This document shows positions 8,208 to 13,582 of a stretch of 48,682 nt of DNA, piece after piece. The stretch is from a virus: positions 1 to 48,682 of IMG/VR virus record IMGVR_UViG_3300045988_068230; one strand, 5' to 3'. The position numbers were made by a program, and so were the translations under genes. The number at the start of each line of letters is the position of its first letter. Positions within the stretch are counted from its first letter, which is position 1. The notes under the pieces are model-generated. The model made no database searches, was not told where the DNA came from, and saw nothing but the letters and a program-made list of their open reading frames with translations.

Positions 8208-8393
8208 TTATCTTTCATTCTCTTCCAGCTGATCGAGTGCTGTTAGTACGGTATCCCTAATAAAAGCAGTATTGCTTTTCCCGAGACTTAATTTTTCTAT
8301 TCTTTCTTTCGTTCCCCTTGGGAATACGATATTTAGGCGATAGTTATTGTTTTCGTATTTTCTAATCGCTCTTTTCTGAGCTTCTGTTGCCAT
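8208..8393 (-). CDS. Ribbon-helix-helix (Arc/CopG-like) DNA-binding protein, first gene of the cassette
   Basis: SD AGAGGA lies 7 nt before ATG 8393. MATEAQKRAIRKYENNNYRLNIVFPRGTKERIEKL... has the beta-strand plus two-helix RHH pattern. Confidence 0.7.
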   Translation of the reverse strand: MATEAQKRAIRKYENNNYRLNIVFPRGTKERIEKLSLGKSNTAFIRDTVLTALDQLEENER

Positions 8394-8442
8394 AATCATT
8401 TCCTCTTGATTTTCTATTATTTTTGATGTATTATACATATAT

Positions 8443-8454
8443 CAGCAATTGCTG
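8443..8454. promoter_or_regulatory. Perfect 12-bp palindrome CAGCAATTGCTG (candidate RHH operator)
   Basis: Lies 8-19 nt upstream of the minus-strand TATAAT (8435-8430) of the RHH operon. It also overlaps the -35-like TTGCTG of the plus-strand unit C. Confidence 0.5.
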
Positions 8455-8479
8455 ATACTCAGTATTTATTTATACTGAG

Positions 8480-8511
8480 GTTCGCTCTATTCGTGGGGCG
8501 CGGATTGAAAT
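8480..8511 (+). ncRNA. Solitary 32-nt type I-C CRISPR-repeat-like unit (unit C); not an array
   Basis: GTTCGCTCTATTCGTGGGGCGCGGATTGAAAT. Stem 8483-8488/8495-8500 (6 bp, 2 G-U), 6-nt loop, and exactly 11 nt of tail CGGATTGAAAT. An intrinsic terminator lies 20 nt downstream. Confidence 0.6.
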
Positions 8512-8530
8512 ATATAATTATTTTTCAAGG

Positions 8531-8558
8531 AAAAGCAGCTGTTATAGCTGCTTTTTTC
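8531..8558. terminator. Bidirectional intrinsic terminator
   Basis: aaaagcagct / agctgctttt stem. A T-run follows on the plus strand (after unit C) and an A-run/T-run on the minus strand (after CDS 8560..8760). Confidence 0.75.
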
Positions 8559-8559
8559 G

Positions 8560-8760
8560 TTATACTTCCATAGCGTTTTCCACAGCTTTCTTACCAGCGA
8601 GTTTGATTGCCGCCGTCTTGCTCATAATCTCTCTTTCACGGAAATCACGTTCTTCTGTGTTTAGCCATTTTTCAGCCTGTTCTTTTGTTTCAAACGGGCC
8701 GTACACTCTGTGAGACCATTCTCCGAAACTGTATTTACTACTTATTCCATATCTGATCAT
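8560..8760 (-). CDS. Hypothetical 66-aa protein expressed from a consensus promoter
   Basis: ORF 8560..8832, but SD AAGGAGG precedes ATG 8760 (MIRYGISSKYSFGEW...). The longer ORF would run over its own promoter. Confidence 0.65.
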   Translation of the reverse strand: MIRYGISSKYSFGEWSHRVYGPFETKEQAEKWLNTEERDFREREIMSKTAAIKLAGKKAVENAMEV

Positions 8761-8803
8761 TTTTTTCTTCCTCCTTATGTGCTGTTCTTCTTTAACTGTC
8801 TTT

Positions 8804-8850
8804 ATTATACATCTATGTGCGTAATATGTCAAGATGTATGTGCGTAATAT
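8804..8850 (-). promoter_or_regulatory. Consensus sigma-A promoter plus two 14-bp direct repeats
   Basis: Minus strand: TTGACA (8832-8827), 17 nt, TGtTATAAT (-10 at 8809-8804). TATGTGCGTAATAT occurs at 8814-8827 and 8837-8850, flanking the -35. Confidence 0.7.
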
Positions 8851-8866
8851 TTGAAAAAAAACTTTT

Positions 8867-8896
8867 TTGATACTTTGATGAACTGTTTCCTATTAT
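8867..8896 (+). promoter_or_regulatory. Sigma-A-type promoter of the 8.9-12.9 kb accessory island
   Basis: TTGATA (8867-8872), 18 nt, TATTAT (8891-8896). Divergent from the promoter at 8804-8832. Confidence 0.5.
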
Positions 8897-8943
8897 TTTC
8901 CTATGGCAAAATATAGGTACAAAGAAACATAGGAGGTATGCTT

Positions 8944-9387
8944 ATGTATCCGTATATGGTAGATCCACAGCAGTTTGCGAATGAGCAGGCTATGTTACAG
9001 AACCGAATCAATCAGCTCGAACAGCAGAGAAATCAGCAAATGGGAATGTACTCTGGACAGTCTCAGCCTGTACAGCAGCCAGTACCGACATCCAACGTGA
9101 ACTGGATACAGGTAGCCGGAATTGAGGGTGCAAGAAACCAGATAGTACAGCCGGGGCACACTGCATGGATGATGGATAACAACAGCCCGGTGTTTTACGT
9201 TAAGTCTGTTGATGGAATGGGAAGTGCAACATTCAAGGTGTTTCAATTTTCTGAGATATCCCCGGAAGCTCCAAATCTAGCTCATAACCAGCAGAATACA
9301 CCAAACGCTGACTATGTTACACGGGCAGAATTTAACGCCTTATTGGAGCGATTAGGGGATGTACCGAAAAAGGAGGAATCTGAATGA
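8944..9387 (+). CDS. Hypothetical protein, Gln-rich N-terminus
   Basis: AGGAGG lies 7 nt before ATG 8944 (the ORF-track start 8938 is too close to the SD). No family recognised. Confidence 0.65.
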   Translation: MYPYMVDPQQFANEQAMLQNRINQLEQQRNQQMGMYSGQSQPVQQPVPTSNVNWIQVAGIEGARNQIVQPGHTAWMMDNNSPVFYVKSVDGMGSATFKVFQFSEISPEAPNLAHNQQNTPNADYVTRAEFNALLERLGDVPKKEESE

Positions 9388-9644
9388 ATCCATTAATGAG
9401 TTTGATCGGAAGCGTGGGTGGCAGTAAAAATCCGATGTCTGCAATGATGCAGGCAATGCAGGTAATTAATCAGATTAGGAAATCTGGAAACCCACAGGCA
9501 GCGTTTAACCAGATAGCACAGTCTAACCCGGATGTTAAACAAGCAATGGATATGTGCAAGGGGAAGAATCCGCAGCAGATTTTTGAAAGCAGATGCAGAC
9601 AAAATGGAATTGATCCTGCACAGTTTACCGGGTTGATTAAATAA
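9384..9644 (+). CDS. Hypothetical small protein (Q/N/M-rich)
   Basis: 86 aa, start overlaps the upstream stop (ATGA). Confidence 0.6.
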   Translation: MNPLMSLIGSVGGSKNPMSAMMQAMQVINQIRKSGNPQAAFNQIAQSNPDVKQAMDMCKGKNPQQIFESRCRQNGIDPAQFTGLIK

Positions 9645-9656
9645 AAAAAAGAGCGA

Positions 9657-10337
9657 CTAATGTCGCCCTTTAAATCCGTTATTCCCTGTTTGATTTGGCA
9701 AAAACATATCTTCTTCACTCCACCCGCGATTATAGCGGTTATACATGGCTTGGTCACTAATACCGATTATTTTAGCCCATGTTGCAAGAGTTTCTGTTTT
9801 GCCATTATGCGTTAAAAGAATGGAAGATGATTTATTCATTGCTTGGACATGATTATTAGCCCATCTACAATTTGATGGTTCGTAATCTCCATTGTAGTCT
9901 ATTCGATCAAGCGTAAATCCCTTAGAACGCCCGCCTATCGAGTCAGACCATTCAACAAATTTCCAGAAATCATGCCATTCTTTACATACCGAAATACCTT
10001 TTGCACCATATCTTTTATAATTTGGGACATTTGGCTTTTCACAACGAGAAATCATTTGATTCCATGTTCCATAAAGAGGATGTTTGCTTCTTCCGTCATT
10101 ATTAAAACCATATCGCAAATGACGGGTTTTACATCCTTGCGTTATAGAAGAATCACTTTTTCTCAAACACCCACAAGAACGAGTATGACCGCTTTGCAAA
10201 TCATTTGTCGGAACAGAAGTAAATTTTCCACAATCGCATTTGCAATTCCAGCGGTAGACACCATGTTTTGTTTTCTCACCACGAGAAATAACAATGAGAT
10301 TTCCAAAACGTTTGCCAGATAAATCTAATTTTGGCAT
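9657..10337 (-). CDS. HNH-family-like nuclease / DNA-binding protein (free-standing, homing-endonuclease-like)
   Basis: Probable start MPKLDLSGKRFG at 10337. The Cys cluster CKCDCG...CGC and the motif LDRIDYNGDYEPSNCRWA are typical of phage proteins annotated as HNH endonuclease. It is the only minus-strand gene in the island. Confidence 0.6.
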   Translation of the reverse strand: MPKLDLSGKRFGNLIVISRGEKTKHGVYRWNCKCDCGKFTSVPTNDLQSGHTRSCGCLRKSDSSITQGCKTRHLRYGFNNDGRSKHPLYGTWNQMISRCEKPNVPNYKRYGAKGISVCKEWHDFWKFVEWSDSIGGRSKGFTLDRIDYNGDYEPSNCRWANNHVQAMNKSSSILLTHNGKTETLATWAKIIGISDQAMYNRYNRGWSEEDMFLPNQTGNNGFKGRH

Positions 10338-10523
10338 AAAAATAACACCTTGCCTTTCTGATGTACACCTTAAATGGAATGTGGGAAAATCACTAAGGCA
10401 TGTGACTTTCGGGTCGCGAATCCCTATTCCCACACAAATATTATACCATAAATTTGATTATTAAACAACGATATTTAGGTGCGCGCCTTAAATATAAATT
10501 TTATGAAAAGGAGACTACTTACT

Positions 10524-11204
10524 ATGAACGAAGGCTTAGGTCTTACAGCAGCGGATGTTGCGGCTGTTACAAGAAATGATAATGACGATATGTGGGGAGG
10601 AAATTGCTGGATTTGGATTATTTTCATAGCATTCTTATTTCCTATGATGGGCGGCTGGAATCGTAGCGGCGTTGAAACAGGCGTACAGGACAACTTCATT
10701 AGTGATGAGTTCGTAAAACGTGACATTTTCAATACCAATCAGAATGTTTCCAATACCGCTTGTCAGACCCAGAGAGACGTGTTAGAAAGCCGGTACACAA
10801 ACCAGCTTGGTTTGCAGCAGTTACAGGCAGCCCAGCAGAGTTGCTGCTGTGAAACGCAGAAAGAAATCTTGCAGAGCCGATATGATGCCGCTCTGGCAGC
10901 ACAGAATATGCAGGCACAGTTAGCATCCTGCTGCTGCGATATCAAAGAGGCAGTTCTTGCGGACGGCAACGCAACCCGTCAGCTTATGCAGGATAATACT
11001 ATCCAGAATCTACGTGATAAACTGGCAGACCGTGACAGAGATCTCCAGACTGCATACTGGCAGATTTCCCAGGTCAACCAGACCAAAAACATCGTGGATG
11101 CGGTAAGACCTACACCGAAACCGACCTATCTTACCTGTTCCCCGTACTTTGCGTACAACATGAATGGGTTAGGCGGATATTGTGGGAATGGTAACGTACT
11201 TTGA
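10524..11204 (+). CDS. Membrane-anchored coiled-coil protein with repeated Cys-triplet modules
   Basis: SD AAAGGAG before ATG 10524. TM segment CWIWIIFIAFLFPMMGGW. Modules ACQTQRDVLESRY / SCCCETQKEILQSRY / SCCCDIKEAVLADG. Confidence 0.65.
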   Translation: MNEGLGLTAADVAAVTRNDNDDMWGGNCWIWIIFIAFLFPMMGGWNRSGVETGVQDNFISDEFVKRDIFNTNQNVSNTACQTQRDVLESRYTNQLGLQQLQAAQQSCCCETQKEILQSRYDAALAAQNMQAQLASCCCDIKEAVLADGNATRQLMQDNTIQNLRDKLADRDRDLQTAYWQISQVNQTKNIVDAVRPTPKPTYLTCSPYFAYNMNGLGGYCGNGNVL

Positions 11205-11410
11205 CAGACAATAACTTAACTGCTCTGGATATGCTTAATCTGTTTGGCGTATTTTTGCAGGTGATGAATTACGAAAGTGATTTATCGCAGGCCAGTAATG
11301 CCGACATTGCAAAGCATCTCCAGGAGCAGGACAGGAAGTACCTGGATAAGATCATTGAGAATCAAAACCGAATAATCAGCATGTTGGAAGATTCCATTGC
11401 TACAAAGTAG
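11201..11410 (+). CDS. Hypothetical small protein
   Basis: TTG start overlaps the upstream stop; weak SD, so the start is uncertain. Confidence 0.45.
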   Translation: MTDNNLTALDMLNLFGVFLQVMNYESDLSQASNADIAKHLQEQDRKYLDKIIENQNRIISMLEDSIATK

Positions 11411-11425
11411 TATTGCAAATATCAC

Positions 11426-11457
11426 AGGGGTAGACATGGAGTTTACCCCTAATTTTA
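11426..11457 (+). terminator. Intrinsic terminator-like hairpin
   Basis: aggggta / tacccct stem followed by aatttta. Confidence 0.55.
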
Positions 11458-11478
11458 TTAGAAAAGGAGAATATTGTT

Positions 11479-11907
11479 ATGCTAAATGTAATTAATATAC
11501 CAGCTCAAGAAGTAGCAGCTAATCAGAATATCATTTTTAACAACACCCGTGTAAAATCTCGCAGATGTGGTTGCCAGAGTGGATGGCTCAATCATATTGA
11601 GGGAAGTGGGCTGTTTACAATCACAAACAGGAGCAATCAGCCGATGGCTGTAGAATTACAGTTCAATGCAAATGTAACAGCGGCAGCCGCAGGAGCAACA
11701 GCACTGGCCCTTAAACTAAATGGAGAGGTTATTGGTGGAACAGAGATGGATTATACGGTTGTTACAGCAGATGTATACCAGAATGTGAGTGCCGTCACCC
11801 TTATCCCAGTGCCTGCCGGAATGTCCCTGACTGTATCCGCCGGAAACATCTCTGCCGGAGCCGTTCTGGTGAAAGATGCAAACCTTATAATTAAAAAGGT
11901 AGCATGA
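11479..11907 (+). CDS. BclA C-terminal-domain-like (C1q/TNF-like jelly roll) protein without a collagen region
   Basis: SD AAAGGAG. Alternating beta pattern; the C-terminus ...VKDANLIIKKVA resembles the BclA end ...ASIIIEKVA, as I remember it. Confidence 0.6.
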   Translation: MLNVINIPAQEVAANQNIIFNNTRVKSRRCGCQSGWLNHIEGSGLFTITNRSNQPMAVELQFNANVTAAAAGATALALKLNGEVIGGTEMDYTVVTADVYQNVSAVTLIPVPAGMSLTVSAGNISAGAVLVKDANLIIKKVA

Positions 11908-11921
11908 GGGAGGTGATCTGA

Positions 11922-12512
11922 ATGATTACCTTCGAGAGCAATAGAGATGTAAGCAGTGTAGAATCTATCTTTTCAGAGATTAATGCTCGGATGATTGCGG
12001 CTCTTATGTTTCATGATCAGATGTCAGACTATTTTGACTTCCTTGGCATGAAAGGCTATAAGCGATTACACGAATACCAGTATTTCGCGGAATCTATGGA
12101 AAGAAAGAAAATCAATCAATACTACATTAACCATCATAATAAATTGATGCCGAATACCTATTCTGGGCAGGTTGCCATGATACCGGAGAACTGGCAGACA
12201 GCGAACCGGATTAGTGTAGGGAAGTCAACCAAACAGAAAGGTATTGAAGATGGCTTTAACCAATATCATGAGTGGGAATCTGAGACTAAGGGCCTGTATG
12301 AACATTATTCCTCACGACTTCGTGAAATGGGAGCTGTAGCAGACGCTATCATGGTAGAAAAACTTGTGGAAGATGTGGATAATGAATTGAAAAAGTTAGA
12401 AAAAATCGTTGTTGATCTGATTTCATCCGGCTACGACATGGTGTACATCACAGAATCCCAGCAGCGCATCCATGATAAATACAAATCAAAAATGTGTGAG
12501 ATATTCAGGTAG
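11922..12512 (+). CDS. Ferritin-like four-helix-bundle protein (divergent)
   Basis: SD GGGAGGTGA. INARMIAALMFHDQMSDYFDFLGMKGYKRLHEYQYFAESME follows the ferritin/Dps helix A-B pattern, but the metal ligands are only partly kept. Confidence 0.5.
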   Translation: MITFESNRDVSSVESIFSEINARMIAALMFHDQMSDYFDFLGMKGYKRLHEYQYFAESMERKKINQYYINHHNKLMPNTYSGQVAMIPENWQTANRISVGKSTKQKGIEDGFNQYHEWESETKGLYEHYSSRLREMGAVADAIMVEKLVEDVDNELKKLEKIVVDLISSGYDMVYITESQQRIHDKYKSKMCEIFR

Positions 12513-12523
12513 GTGGTGATGAT

Positions 12524-12946
12524 ATGAAAGATATGATTAAAATTTTAGAAAATCAACTGAAAATCGAGGAAGAAAATGTAAAGAAACAGCTCACAAACAG
12601 CAATCTTGACGTGATTTTTAAACTTACCACAACTATCTGCAATCTTAAAAGGATATGTGGCGACTGGGAAACTTCCGGGACCGTTGCGGAAGTGGCAGAG
12701 GATGTGATCAAAAAGTACAGTAACGGACGGTATGATCATAATATTGATGCCTTGTATGATGACTATATCGCTGCAAAACAGGCGTATCAAACCAATGGCG
12801 ATCAGCAGCATAAAGATAAGCTAATGGAAGCTCTTGGACGACTCATGGTAGAAATCTACGATATGCTTTCCGCAATGATGGTGGACTCTGATTTTCGCGA
12901 TGAAAAAGAAGAGATAATGCGAAGAATCAAGATGCTTTCAGACTAA
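12524..12946 (+). CDS. Hypothetical helical protein
   Basis: SD AGGTGGTGA; 140 aa, last gene of the island. Confidence 0.6.
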   Translation: MKDMIKILENQLKIEEENVKKQLTNSNLDVIFKLTTTICNLKRICGDWETSGTVAEVAEDVIKKYSNGRYDHNIDALYDDYIAAKQAYQTNGDQQHKDKLMEALGRLMVEIYDMLSAMMVDSDFRDEKEEIMRRIKMLSD

Positions 12947-12984
12947 AATGTGAGGACAAATTTTTCTCCACTATATGATACTAT
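12947..12984 (+). promoter_or_regulatory. Putative phage late promoter 2: box AATGTGAGGACAAAT plus extended -10 TGaTACTAT
   Basis: Same box and same spacing as 2..39. It sits upstream of the leader, tRNAs, and scaffold/capsid/tail genes. Confidence 0.55.
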
Positions 12985-12986
12985 AA

Positions 12987-13275
12987 TCCTGCAAGGAGTA
13001 GCGACCTTGCAAGGACTTTCTGACTGAGAGTTTTTGCTTTCTTTTTTCATCATTTCCTCCTTTCTCTGGATGTGCCCTTAAGCAGAAACAGGCTTTGAGC
13101 GGCCTGGAGGTTGAAAAGCGGATGCAATTTCCGGCACATCCCTTTACCAGTAATGGCAGGCTGGTAACACCTCCTTGTGAGACGGGTAATAAAAACAGGT
13201 GGAACCTTCCGTGAAAGTCGGATAGTGGCAGGCATAACACGATAAACACCTTGCTAACCCGGGAATCCGGGTTAT
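12987..13275 (+). ncRNA. Structured non-coding leader of the late structural operon
   Basis: No credible plus-strand ORF. Contains a 5'-proximal 10-bp hairpin (12987-13015), a 9-bp long-range helix (13068-13076/13133-13141), and hairpins at 13089-13106, 13144-13167 and 13256-13273. Confidence 0.5.
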
Positions 13276-13365
13276 GGGAAAGCGGCAACGATTGGCGGTG
13301 TTGCGGCGGACTGTAAATCCGTTCCCTTGTGGTAAACAATATAGGTTCAATTCCTATCTTTCCCA
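13276..13365 (+). tRNA. tRNA-Tyr (anticodon GTA), class II with long variable arm
   Basis: Acceptor GGGAAAG/CTTTCCC, anticodon arm GCGGA-CTGTAAA-TCCGT, variable stem TTGT/ACAA, T arm ATAGG-TTCAATT-CCTAT, discriminator A. C at position 8 is atypical. Confidence 0.75.
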
Positions 13366-13434
13366 CGATTCAACATGTTGAAAAGGTTATGTCTTATCCT
13401 GTTATCTGCTGGGCGGATCAAAAAGACAATACGA

Positions 13435-13506
13435 TGGAATATGGCTCAGTGGTAGAGCAGTAGCCTTATAGGCTATGTGTCGCAAGTTCGATTCTTGCTA
13501 TTCCGA
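13435..13506 (+). tRNA. tRNA-Ile (anticodon TAT)
   Basis: Canonical cloverleaf: D arm GCTC-AGTGGTA-GAGC, anticodon arm GTAGC-CTTATAG-GCTAT, T arm GCAAG-TTCGATT-CTTGC. The 1-72 pair is U-G and no CCA is encoded. Confidence 0.8.
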
Positions 13507-13582
13507 TTACCTCGCCAGTGGTTTAACTGGCTCAATCCATTACCGTTGACGGACGGTTAAAAATCACGTTTAGGAGGATATT

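Noticed and set aside
7384-8511. Calling the three repeat-like units a CRISPR array
   Set aside because: The units are 66, 65 and 32 nt and irregularly spaced (42 nt, then ~920 nt containing genes). There are no cas genes and no repeat-spacer periodicity. They are better described as solitary repeat mimics.
12997-13004. 8-nt complementarity between the unit A 5' end (GUCGCUAC, 7384-7391) and the loop of the late-leader hairpin (GUAGCGAC, 12998-13005)
   Set aside because: An 8-mer match between regions of this size is expected about once by chance. Half of the unit A segment is buried in its own hairpin 1.
12943-13050. 35-aa minus-strand ORF (MKKESKNSQSESPCKVATPCRIIVSYSGEKFVLTF) with a perfect AGGAGG 5 nt upstream
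   Set aside because: The SD/ATG/ORF combination is unlikely by chance, so I keep it as an open alternative. However, I find no minus-strand promoter. The ORF runs through the 10-bp leader hairpin and over the late promoter, and all neighbouring features (promoter, tRNAs) are on the plus strand. Ribosome profiling or conservation of the peptide would settle it.
13052-13063. UUUCCUCCUUUC (and CACCUCCUU at 13168-13176) identical to the 16S rRNA 3' anti-SD region
   Set aside because: This is most simply the reverse complement of the minus-strand SD-like sequence, or an element pairing with GGAGG at 13106-13110 inside the leader fold. There is no evidence for a ribosome- or mRNA-directed function.
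13196-13215. GGTGGAACC resembling the T-box antiterminator core (GGUGGNACC)
   Set aside because: The rest of the T-box motif (following GCG), the Stem I specifier/AG-bulge features and a terminator/antiterminator pair are not evident. The downstream genes are tRNAs, not an aminoacyl-tRNA-related operon.
12971-13366. 131-aa and shorter minus-strand ORFs across the leader and tRNA-Tyr
   Set aside because: They overlap a tRNA gene, lack an SD, and have low-complexity, implausible composition.
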